Shown: one piece after another, positions 14,701 to 44,000 of the stretch
Layout of the letters: every line of letters starts with the position of its first letter
Position numbering within the stretch: position 1 is the stretch's first letter
NCBI RefSeq assembly: GCF_964204645.1
Contig: NC_134033.1
Span: forward strand, 1,136,131-1,200,130
Reading direction: 5' to 3'
Origin: Tubulanus polymorphus
Taxonomy: Eukaryota > Animalia > Nemertea
Length of the DNA stretch: 64,000 nt
The notes under the pieces: generated by a model
Seen by the model: the letters and a program-made list of their open reading frames with translations, nothing else
Database searches by the model: none
Told to the model about the DNA's origin: nothing
Translations under genes and position numbers: made by a program

Positions 14701-16761
14701 AGATACTGATGTTTAATTTACTGCATAGTTTATTACATTCAATCAGTGATAAACTGCAATTGAAGTTCGTATCTTTAAAGGTTTGATATCGTCATTACGC
14801 AAGTCGGATTGTACTGGGATTAAAGATGTCTTAAGAACGGTCTTAAGTTGTTAGATTGGTTATAGAACTAAAATGAGTTTAGACTGGTCTTAAGTTGTTA
14901 GATTGGTTGATATAGAACTAAAATTAGTTTAGACTGGTCTCAAGTTGTTAGTTTGGTTAATTAAGATGAGCTTAGACTGGTCTTAAGTTGTTAGATTGAC
15001 TATAGAACCAAAATTGCCTTAGACCGGTCTTGAATCTAAGCCATTACTATAGCCGGGGCTAGCAAATGATAATAATCCGTTTTTGGTTTTTTTTTGTCGT
15101 GTCACAGGTTGAAAGATGTCAAGGTGAAAATGATGGACGAAGTGATCGCGAAGTACGACTACAACGCTCAGGACAAACAGGAGTTGAGCGTGAAGAAAAA
15201 CGAAAAGTTCACGTTGCTCGACGACAGCAAGGACTGGTGGAAGGTCGTCAACGCGCACAACCAACACGGCTTCGTTCCGTCGAACTACATGAAACGCATC
15301 AAACCGTCGCTTCTGTCGAAACTGTCGAACACGCTCGGTCGCAAGAAAAACGTCGACAAGTCGTACGTGTTACACGGCGGCGCGCGCAACGGCGATATCG
15401 GCGCCGGCGCGTTGAATAACTCGCTAGGTGGCGTCGGCGTAGAGTCGTACTCGTGCGACAACGTGACGGCGAAGGCGAAATACGCGTACGCCGCGCAGCA
15501 GACGGACGAACTCTCGCTGACGAAGGGCGAACAGATCACCGTTTTGGAGAAATCGTCGGACGGATGGTGGAAGGGTCAGAAAGGCGGCGGCGCCATCGGC
15601 GGCGGCGCTGTCGGTTGGTTCCCGTCGAATTACGTAATTGAGGACTCGGCCGAACGCGATCTGCAGACGCCGACCGTTTTCCCGCCGCTGCCCGAGTTGA
15701 AACAGCAGACGGATTCGGAAATCTTGGACGTCGTATTGACATTGTATCCGTACACGGCGTCGAACGCCGAAGAACTCGGTTTCGACGCCGACGAGAATCT
15801 CGACATCGTCGAGAAACCGGCGTCGGATCCGGACTGGTGGCGCGCGCGTAACGACCGCGGCGAGGTCGGACTCGTGCCGCGGAATTACGTGCAGGTTTTA
15901 GACGGCGGTACCCGCAACGCGACCGACGCCGCGACGCCGAACTCTCATTCGAACTCGAGTAATCTGAGCAGCACGGGTTCGTTAACGAACGATACGAGTA
16001 ATCACCACCAGGTGGCGGTGTCAGCGTCGTCGACGGTACGGTCTCAGTTCCGTCTGTCGCCGTCGTTAGCCGATAAACCCTGGTATTACGGTAATATCAC
16101 GCGCGCTGAATGTGATATCATGCTCGGTAAAACTGCATTAAACGGTGACTTCTTAATACGAGACAGTGAATCACATGTGAGTATTCATATTCCACATTTA
16201 CTGAAACCAGTTCCACATTTACTGAATTCAGCTCCACAGTTACTGAAACCAGTTCCACAGTTACTGAACCCAGTTCCACAGTTACTGAACCCAGTTCCAC
16301 AGTTATTGAACCCAGTTCCGCAATTACTGATCCCATTTTCAGTTCTGGAGCTAGTTCCAATTTTATGGACGGATTTTCACAGTTTTTAGTGAAGTTTGAT
16401 GAGTTAAAATCAGCTTACTTCAAATATCTTGAAATCCACAGACAAATATCAACCACCAAATGTGGAACTGGATCCAGATGACTAACATGTTGATTATTAT
16501 ATCTCTTAATATTTCCTACTATAACCTTTCTCTTCGTTATTTCAGGCCGGCAATTATACAGTGACGCTGAAAGCCCAACCTAAGAATAAACATTTCCGAG
16601 TAACACTACAGGACGGATCGTACGGGATCGGTCAGCAGACGTTCGATTCGTTGGACGACCTCGTCGATCATTACACGAGACATCCGATCTATCGGTGTGA
16701 CAACGAGAAACTTTATCTGATTAAACCGTTTATACATCCAGACGATCGCAGTTCCACGTAA
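8764..16761 (+). CDS. NCK: Cytoplasmic adaptor protein Nck (NCK1/NCK2/Dock family), SH3-SH3-SH3-SH2
   Basis: Exons 8764-8951 (putative N-terminal extension, less certain), 15108-16176 and 16546-16761, all GT-AG and phase-consistent (~490 aa; a shorter form could start at ATG 15130). Three SH3 domains ([24 protein letters not shown]; [25 protein letters not shown]; [24 protein letters not shown]) and an SH2 ([18 protein letters not shown]|[22 protein letters not shown]) match the Nck architecture. Confidence 0.95.
9781..10990. repeat. Two arrays of the 47-bp minisatellite (reverse orientation) in Nck intron 1
   Basis: Arrays at 9830-10070 and 10570-10985; the first begins with the MITE-like end CAG-GGGCCCAGTTGC. 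Confidence 0.85.
12072..12545. repeat. 109-bp tandem repeat (~4 units)
   Basis: ACTGATCGTCCACACTTCACATG recurs at 12092, 12201, 12310 and 12419; inverted ~1.2 units at 1735-1865. Confidence 0.9.
13096..13320 (+). mobile_element. tRNA-derived SINE-like element
   Basis: A-box TAGCTCAGTTGA, B-box AGTTCGAAACC, degenerate cloverleaf, then a body ending GACGTAAAAC..AAAACAAAC typical of SINE tails. Confidence 0.6.
14095..14250. repeat. ~76-80-bp repeat with CCACCAGGTGTCGCTAG core
   Basis: Two units here; four units at 37445-37765. Confidence 0.8.
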
Positions 16762-17232
16762 CACCACCGGGTGGCTACATCCGTCTGCTGTTCGTCCACA
16801 CCGCCAGGTGGCGCTGTATTCATCCAGGTGATTGTAGTAGCCACGAAACACCACCAGGTGGCTACTTCCATCAGCTGTTCATCCACACCGCCAGGTGGAG
16901 CTGTATTCATCCAGACGATCGTAGCAACGCCGAAGGCTGCTTCCGTCTGCTGTTCATCCACACCGCCAGGTGGCGCTGTATTCATCCAGACCATCGTAGT
17001 TACGTGTAACACCACCAGGTGGCACTATCTGCTGTTCGTTCACGCCACTTGGTGGCTCTGTATATATAGCTGTTGATGTCGGGTAACGCCACCAGGTGGC
17101 ACTGTATACAGTCTGTTCGTGCAGACGATCGTAATGTCGCTACAGAACACTAGGTGGCGCTATTGTTAATTTATTAACTCTATGTATTTAACGATCGCTG
17201 ATGATGTCGGGTAACGCCACCAGGTGGCTCTG
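16735..17232 (+). repeat. Degenerate tandem repeat with about 10 CC(A/G)CCAGGTGGC(G/A)CT motifs in the Nck C-terminus/3' UTR
   Basis: Motifs near 16764, 16801, 16851, 16888, 16963, 17012, 17045, 17089, 17148 and 17217. Confidence 0.85.
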
Positions 17233-18169
17233 ATGACGTCAGAATTGATCCCAAATTTTTTAGTCAAACAGATGAAGTTTGTTCACTGTAAAGATGTATA
17301 TATTAATGTATGCATGGTTTGTGATGAGTTTCTCACTAGATATTTCGCTCTCTATTCGGTTTAAATGTGCTATAAATGTTTAAAAAAAAGCTGATTATCT
17401 TATGGCAAGAGGCGAGAGGGGGCGAGTGAGGGAGGGCGATGAGTTTAAACACATTGGAAAACTTACGATTTAGCGAGCTGGTTAGAGGGTGAACTTAAGT
17501 TGTCAAGTCGCGAAGATAGTCAACGTCGGTGTCTAAAATGAATTTCGAAAGAAATCCCGCAATAATTTCAGCCGATGAGTTAAAGTTTTATATTTATATA
17601 TTGTGGGATTTCTGCTGGATGTAGTTTTCACGTCGACTAGTGGTCTATTGATCGAACGCGCTATAGTTCGGTCGTAACGTATTTCACGGCGTCGGCCATC
17701 TTGAAACTAAGCGTGAACTACACTAACTATTTCATGGTTCCTTATTTCCGGACTATCGTTCGGACTAACTGACATACGGTTTCACTTAGTCCACCAAATA
17801 GTCGACTAACTCTGATAACTGAAGTTCGCCCTCAGTCATACTCCTGGCACCAGTTGGTCCATACTTCAGTAATTCACTTTACTTTATTAAAACTGGTTGC
17901 TATTTTCCAGCTATTTAGTTCAGTTCTCTCTCTCTGTCTGTTAGTGTGGTGTGTTTTGTGTATATATGAGTGTTTATTTAATACCAGTTTGTATTCAACA
18001 GTTTTCAGTACCGTTCACAGTTCACTCAAGCATTCGACGTTCATTTCATCTTGTATTGATTTCACGCCGGGGCCGGTGTCATGAAAATTACGGCTAAAAT
18101 TGATTTTCCTTGAAAATAGTTCGACCACAATTATAATGGGCATTACTCTATCAATCTTACTGGCTTAGT

Positions 18170-18550
18170 TTGAATCAGGTTCTAGTTCCACAGTTGTGTG
18201 GATTTAATTTGTCTCTGAACCCAGTTCTACAGTTGTGTCGGTTTAATTTGACTCTGAATCCAGTACCACAGTTGAGTCAGTTTAATTTTACTCTGAACCC
18301 AGTTCCACAGTTGTGTGGGTTTAATCTGTTACAGGATCCAGTTCCACAGTTGTATGGGTTCAATTTGACTCTGGATCCAGTTCCACAGTTGTGTGGGTTT
18401 AATCTGTTACAGGATCCAGTTCCACAGTTGTATGGGTTCAATTTGACTCTGGACCCAGTTCCACAGTTGTGTGGGTTTAATCTGTTACAGGATCCAGTTC
18501 CACAGTTTTGTGTGTTCATGCAACTGTGAACCCATTTCCACAGTTGTGTG
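18170..18550. repeat. ~39-bp variant of the CCAGTTCCACAGTT minisatellite
   Basis: About 10 units of GGATCCAGTTCCACAGTTGTGTGGGTTTAATCTGTTACA-like sequence. Confidence 0.9.
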
Positions 18551-19510
18551 GATTTAGATTTAACTATCATGTTCAAATCACTCGCAGTTCATTCACTACG
18601 TTTAAACCCTAATCAATTCACTTTAATCCTCAGTAAAATTTCACCAGTTACAAATATTGAAAATGGACAAATATTTCACTCAATAGAATCTAAATTAACC
18701 GAAACAACTATTGAACTGGATCCAGAGATGAGATTCATCCATTCTCTTCAAGAGATGTTGTCGGATTTTGAATGTTTAACCCTATTCTTTAAACGTCGAG
18801 GCTTATATATATATCAAACGTGGCTAGTGCAATTAAAAAATGCGAGTACCTTAGAAAAAAAAAAGTTACTATTCTTTTCATTGATAAAACTCCTCGCGTG
18901 TATTCGTCTTGTGAATAGATACAAATAAGTAGGTTAATAATTGTATAAATATTAGGATAATTATTGGTATTGTAATTATTGCGTAGTAAATTTGAAGATG
19001 CGCGTATGGAATTTTTGCATGTATCTTTACGAATCATCGATGTTCTTAATATATAGAGAGAAAGTGAAGGGTTGTTTTTTTTTTACGAAAGGATTTGTTA
19101 ATTCTCATTATTACCACCAGGGGGATCTAACGTTGCTCTGGAATTGTGAGTCGAGACTCTGGAGTCGACTCCAATTCCGTCGAGAAAGTTCCGCGCGTCT
19201 GCCATAGTTTTACGAACTGGTTGTAAATAAAATGGATGATTTTTGCGGACGGAATTCGTTTCAATCGGGAATTTATCGCGTCATGTAATACTCAATCGAT
19301 ACCGTACTGCCCTCTAGTCGGCTTTACGCGAACTATTCTCGGCAGCAGCAGAGATTTCGGGATCAGTTTGGCCGACGTGAGGCCAGTTGCTCGAAGGTTA
19401 GTCGAATTTGACCGGCCGGTAACTGATAAACTACATCGCAACCATGGTCTCTATCCGACGGTAAACTTTAACTTGCGTTTGAGTGAATGTTTTCAGTCCT
19501 GTGACTGAGG

Positions 19511-19763
19511 CAGGGATGAGATACATGTGAAATACTTAAAAATTCCTGAAAAGTTATAAGGTAAACAGGTAAACATTTTTCTAAATTCTTGTCAGAAAAT
19601 GTCTGTATGTGCTATAGACGCACTTCTATCTCTGGGCCTTGAGCCTAGTTAGGTCATAATCCTGTTTTTGTCATACTGCTGTTTTTAAGTGTGAAAAAAT
19701 GTGAAAATAGTGGAAAATTGCGAAAAAAATGTGCAAATTTCAGAATCTTGCATCTCATCCCTG
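19511..19763. mobile_element. hAT-like non-autonomous element
   Basis: Perfect 12-bp TIRs CAGGGATGAGAT / ATCTCATCCCTG; no clear TSD. Confidence 0.65.
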
Positions 19764-21125
19764 GTGCCTCGAGGCTAAACACATTGTGGTACTATATAAC
19801 CAAGTTAGTCATTATGCGGCTGCAGAACCAAAAGACCGGTCTCAAATCTGAGCCAAGTCTGTGGCAATTCGATCCTGTATTTTAAGGTAATTATCGGAAG
19901 GATAACCCGGGCTAGAATATGAAGGGGTTTTTGTAGAATATTAGATTCAGCATAATTATTTTTAACCACGAGCCTCAGGATTTTAGTTTAAAAGATATTT
20001 ATGGCTTTCAAAGATTCTCATATCCATCAAACGGGATCCATGCCGGTCTGTCATCTTCCCTAGTTGCAGGTCCAGTGTCTAGGCTATTCTCGTTAAAAAT
20101 ATTTATTGATATCTGGGAAACGATTTTTTTTCAACTTTTTGAGTTTGTCATGTATTCAACGGTGTAAAGCTTCGTGTTAATATGTCCGATCTTGAATCCG
20201 AACCGTAGTCCGGTTACTGGTTTTCAGTTTAACTCCGTCTGCCGCCTGTCTGTCCCGTTCGTCGATATAGCTCTAGGCGACGCCCCTTTTTCACAGACCA
20301 CGCCCCTTCTCACTGATAGACCGATCAGCTTAACTGTAACTAATCGATTCTTAATGAAAATAAATTGTAACAGAAATTCGAACGAAATGCTGTCTTAGTC
20401 GTTTTGTTTTTTGCTGTCGGGGGAAAGAGGAACTCCCATCCGTAAGGAGATACCATCTGGAAAAGCGATCTGCCCAGTTTCTAGTTCTACCCGGGAAACA
20501 ATGGCTGTTGCATGTCCACTCATGCGTGACGGTTAGCTGTTAGCTGACATACGTGAACTTCTGCTTTTTGGGGAAGCAAGAATTGCTGTTACAGGGGGGA
20601 TGACCGAGCTCGGTTGGCGCGCACGCATGCTACGTGGTATGAATTAGTCGATTATATTATATTGAAGACTTCTTTACTGATAGTTTAGGTGGTTAACACT
20701 CGACTTCACAGAAACGCCATTCTGCGCGAGTAACTGGGGTTAGGGTTTGGACGAAAACTGTCATGAATAACCAGGGTTGGCAGATTTTCATCATTTAAGT
20801 GTATCCATAACCCTAGAATTTGTCTATTCAAATGGATCCATCACATGGAGCTTGGAGTCATTAGTCAAATGATTACTCCAAGCATGGAGTAAGCACACAA
20901 TGACCAGCATTTACCCTAGACGAACGGAAATAAGGACGGTCTTTGGGTACCAGTGAATTTATTCCTTAAAAACATTTCTTATTCTTTACTACTACCTTGG
21001 CTTGATTTGGATGAGGACAGTGTCCCAATCCATTGTTACCCATTGCGAGTGGTCCACATGCCCAGGATACGTGGAGAAAACATATTGAAAAAAGACAATT
21101 TTTTTTCAAAGTTGAACCATAATTT

Positions 21126-21131
21126 TTTATT
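21126..21131 (-). terminator. Candidate polyadenylation signal of U2SURP
   Basis: AATAAA on the minus strand about 1.2 kb after the stop, followed by U/GU-rich sequence. Confidence 0.4.
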
Positions 21132-22338
21132 ACAAAAATGTTTTTTTAACATATCACACCGCACCTTACTTATTATATACACGATGAAAAAGGTTTTTTA
21201 CACAAATTTTTTACAATAAAGATTCGGATAACCATAATCTGCGGTGTGCACACAGTCCGGACTCAAGTCCGGCTTGTAATAGCCATTCTGACAAATGGAT
21301 AATCAAATGAGTACTCATAGTTTTAATATTAAAATTCATAGATTTTTGGCGAATTATTCTAATTACAAAAGTTGTTTTACCAAAATTACGACGATCTGGT
21401 ACCTCTAATCCCCCAGTTGGTCCTCTCAATCAGGTACGATCAGTTTCAGTAAAGTTCTAGGCTAATCTAGAGTCAAATTCTAAGGCCCTTCAACTTTTAA
21501 AATGCACGGCGCCTTCGAACAAAAGACTTAACGCTACACACTAGACTGTGTTAATCCCGGATTACCACGTACCCCCGCAAAATATATAATTTATCGTGAT
21601 AACAACCCACCCCTGCTCCGACTCCCCTACCCTCCCCACGAGATTTTTTGCGTCGTACCTCGTATTGGATTTATCAGTCCCGCGAGGTCCGTTTGAGGCT
21701 AGCGCCGAGATTCCAGTCCGCAGCGCCGTATATACAAGTCTTAATAACATTATCGATATCATCATAATTATAATTAATCATAGTAAATTACATCATCCAT
21801 TTCATTCACTCGCGCACACAAAACCTCATCAAACTTAAACCTCTCGTTAAATCGTTCTCTATCGATTCTTAAAAAAGTGGAAAAAACAGTCGCAGTATGC
21901 AACAATATAACACTCGACTTTCGACTTCAAATCGGCACGATATTTTTTTCAGTTAAGATTTCAGCGTTAAACGATTTTTCGAACGGTCGCAACAGAGGCA
22001 ACGGTTACCGCTACCGATTTTGGCTCTGAAACGACTTAAATTTTGTTCGAAATAAAATCTGTCGATCTATTCTTGTCATGAGTTTCTTATCCAGTGTCTG
22101 ACCTCGACGTAGTGTCCGTCTGCCAGTCTGCCCGCCCTTGACTTAATGTTCGTCTGCCCACCGGCGTGACCTTGACGTAGTGTCCCTCTGTCCGCCTCCG
22201 CGACCTTCATAAGTGGATTATCGTGGATCATCTTCTAATCTTTTAATCCGGCACAGCGATCATTCAATAATCCATTGGTCGATAGAGAGTGGTCTCGGTA
22301 TTCTAAACGGAATGTCAGTTTGTCGAACGATTTTTTAT

Positions 22339-40087
<17,749 letters not shown>

Positions 40088-41009
40088 TTTAATTCGGATG
40101 AGCTAATTACGCGTATTAAGATTTTACAAAGTCCAAAGGCCAAAACGTCTATTAGCGTCATCGGAATCCGAAAAAAGCGAATACTTTTTACTAAAATGTT
40201 GCCCTTTTGATCTTCAAAATCGACTCCTAAAAAGCAAAATCTTATCATAACCAACATTTTTATTTAGTAGGCTAGTTAAGCTAACAACGCGTTTTCGGAC
40301 TATCAAGTCCAAATTCGCGTATTAGGGTTTCACAAGTCTTGACAACTAGAACTCGACTCGAAATATAGTGAAAATTTTTCGCTAAAATGTTCAGTTTTTC
40401 GTTAGACAACGCCTGAAAACCAGACCGGAATTTACAGAAAGGAGGCAGATTACTGTAATTTCCAAAGTATATCTAATTCCCCGGCTGTTAATTACTGTAA
40501 ACGCGTTGATTTTATTGAAATGTGTCGGGTATCTGGAATAAAAAGTAGTCTTCGCTCCGTCACTTAACTGACGCATCCTGATAGTAACTGAGTGAAATAT
40601 CTTCGATTTGATTTAGGAAAAGAAACAGGGCACAGAAACCCTACCCCAAGAATAAAAGAAATGTAATCCACAAATGACTGAGTTTTTAAGTTCCAAATCA
40701 CCTAATATAGGCCTAATTCATACAACAAGGACAAGAACTGACAAAAAAAAGAAGGTTTAAAGACAAGTTGGATCTCAGCCTTACTCAGATCGGCGTCAAC
40801 TAATCCTTAAAGTCTAACCCAAATCTGAATATTTTAATCAGTTTGAGGAATAAATCCGTTAAAATTAATGAAAAAATTAAATCCATTTAAACCTTTTTTG
40901 TCCGATTCCGGAAATTTCTAACATTAGTTTACCTTATTGATTTCCAGCAGCAGCAGGGCGAGGTAGTGTTGATTTCTGACGACAGGGGGAGCTGTTACTC
41001 GATGAAACG
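40088..41009. promoter_or_regulatory. Putative bidirectional promoter region between U2SURP and the uncharacterised gene
   Basis: Divergent ATGs about 920 bp apart; ETS-like CCGGAA cores near 40425 and 40908. TSSs are not determinable from sequence. Confidence 0.55.
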
Positions 41010-44000
41010 ATGACGTTCAGACCGGATACGATTCAATCGCGTTACGATTTCCTCGACGTTTCGCCGCGATCGGACGTGAAAAATCGCAACAATCGTTTAT
41101 ACGACGACGATGATTTATACCTAGCAGACGGACGGGCGACAGCTCGAATCGACAAACTACTTCTAGACAGGTTCGATTACAGTTTTCTGCTTCGATTTTT
41201 TTCCCTCGGTTTCTTGATTCGGGAATCAAAATTCAACCCTCCATAAATGTTTATCCCTTGCTATGATTCTTTTGAAAAAAATAAGATTTTTATGTTAAAG
41301 TTACATGATTCTTTTGTCGCTGTTAAAGTTATTTTCAAAGTTTTTAAGATATTGATTTTTTATTGTTTTACATAGCTCTAGGCAACCAAATCCGTTATAT
41401 GACGGAACCGACAAACTTCGCTTGCGGCCAGATATTCTGGTGAGTTTAGCTGACTGGATTTGATGATGAGAATTTCTATTTGAAATAACATTGTCTTTGA
41501 TTAAATTAGATTTTGTATTCTATGTTAACCCTTTCAGCGCCGACTAATTCATTCCCTAAAGTGATTAATAAACCCCTTATTATGAAAATTTTGATTCATA
41601 AAATCATGAATTATAATTTGAAAATTGCGCTGAAAGGGTTAAGGATTTTTGTAAAGTCTTTCCCTCCCTTACCTTATCCGTTAAATTTTCAGGCGAAATT
41701 GGAACAGAAGATATATTTACCGAAACAGATGAGATATTTCTTCGGACTTGATCGAGCTAAAAACCTTGCATCGCTCTCTTACGGTACAGACAAACAGATC
41801 ATTTCCATTCAATGTGCTTGAAATCTTACTTTGATGGATACAAAAAAGATGCCAGCCTCCATAAATCCCCCTATGACATCATCTGTATGCAGTCGGAATG
41901 AATACCTAATCATTTACTAATATGCTTGAAATATTATTCTGATGTGCACAAAAAGATATCTTTAGTTTTTTTTCACGATAAGATGTCTGCTTCCATGAAT
42001 CCCCCTATGATATCATCAAATTGATTGAAAAAACCTTCCTATCTTTGGTAGATTTCTCAAACAAAATATGTCTGCCTCTATAAATCCCCCTCTATGACAT
42101 CATCAAATTGGTTACTAGTGATCTGGTCACTTCTAGAAAAAATGGCTGCTTCCGTAAATCCCCCTATGACATCACCAAATTGTCTGCTGACTGATCTTCA
42201 GAACCTTCGTGGAAAGATTACCACTTCAATAAATCCCCCTATGACATCATCTTATTTCTTAGATGAGTCGGTGCCTCGTAATATTAAGTACAAGGAACAG
42301 GGATTGGTCGAACAGGTGCTCGAGGAACGAACGCAAGCTTACGAGAAAAACCACGAAATACATCAACAGAAATTAAAGTACGTAATCCAAATACAGGCTA
42401 AATATAAAGATGATATCTTGTTTCTCCTAATCGGCCGGGTCACTTTTGTAAAATTCAATGAAATTTGTTATGAGTTCATTTCCAATCCGATAGCTGCTGT
42501 GTGTTTGTTATTGTTAGTTCGATCATGATTTAAAAAAAAGAGTAATGTACAGGGTAGATAGGCTGTCAGGCGGGTAAACTTTCAAACTCAGCAGAAATGA
42601 GAAACAAGGTATCATTTCTTTGGTCAAATATTCAAAAAAGTTTCATTTTATGTGGAATCGGTTTTAAAACGCAGTTTCTCAATGTTTTCTTTCTTGTAGA
42701 CAGTTGAATGAACAACGCGATGTTTTGGTGCAAGCGCGAAACGAAGTCAAAAAACATCTACGAAAACTCGCCAAAAAACCCCCGACTCCACCATTTTCAG
42801 GTGAGCTAGAAACCCCCCCTCCCCGGACCCCAGCGTTCTCAGGGGAGCTAGAAACCCTCCTCCACTGACTCCACCATTCTCAGGTGAGCTAGAAACCCTC
42901 CTCCCCCAATTACCCCCATTTTCAGGATTCTCATTCATTGTTAAAATGTTCAATATTTTAACGATTTATTTCTCAGATGATGATGATGATGCTGATAGGA
43001 AGGAGGAATTTGATGAGGAGGAAAGGAGGGCTCCTAGCGCTGAAAGTGTTCACAGTATTAGTTCGATAATTCAACGCACGAAAATCGCGATTCCTCGACA
43101 AAACTGGAAATACAAACAATTACGGTAAGAGTCTTATCAATTCTAACTGTGTGGAAGACTTACATAGTTCCACGTGGAACCGGATCCTTAACTGTGGAAT
43201 TGGATCCAGTAACTGTGGAACTTGGTTCAGTAACTTGGTTCAGTAACTGTGGAACTTGATCCAGCTGAGTCCAGTAACTGTAGAACTGGATCCAGTAATT
43301 GTGGAACTGGATCCAGTCACTGTGGAACTGAATCCAGTAACTGTGGAACTGGATCCAGAACTGTGGAACTGAATCCAGTAATTGTGGAACTGGATCCAGT
43401 AATTGTGGAACTGGATCCAGTAACTGTGGAACTGAATCCAGTAACTTGGTTCAGTAACTGTGGAACTGAGTCCAGTAACTGTGGAACTGAGTCCAGTAAC
43501 TATGGTATATTGAATATTATTGTGTATTATTTCAGTGAGTTACACAGTCGAGAAATGACTCGATTACGGAAACTTCACGAACCGTATCGCGGAGAACTCG
43601 GCGTCGAATCGTACGAATCGTGGCAGATTCACGATTACGAGATCTCGCGAGGAATCGTCGAGGATCTCGTCGATAGTTTCCTCGATACGTATTTCAAACC
43701 GGCGATCACCGCTGAGAGCAAAGACGCTCAAATGTATCCTTTAAAACAACTCAATTAAAAGTTTGACGAATTGTTTGCAGTTTACCCTCACCCGCCCTGC
43801 GCAGTGAACTAAAAGTTATAGAAAATGTTGGAATTCTTAATTTGGCTTTTGATGTTTTTGTCCGGAAACAAGTAATTGGGGTTCAAGTTAAAACAGACCT
43901 ATAAAATCAGTCCCTACAGGATTGAAGCTAAAACTGGTCTAGAAAACCAGCCACTGCATGGTTCAAGTGTAGACTGGGCCCTCTCTTGTGAAGCAGCAAC

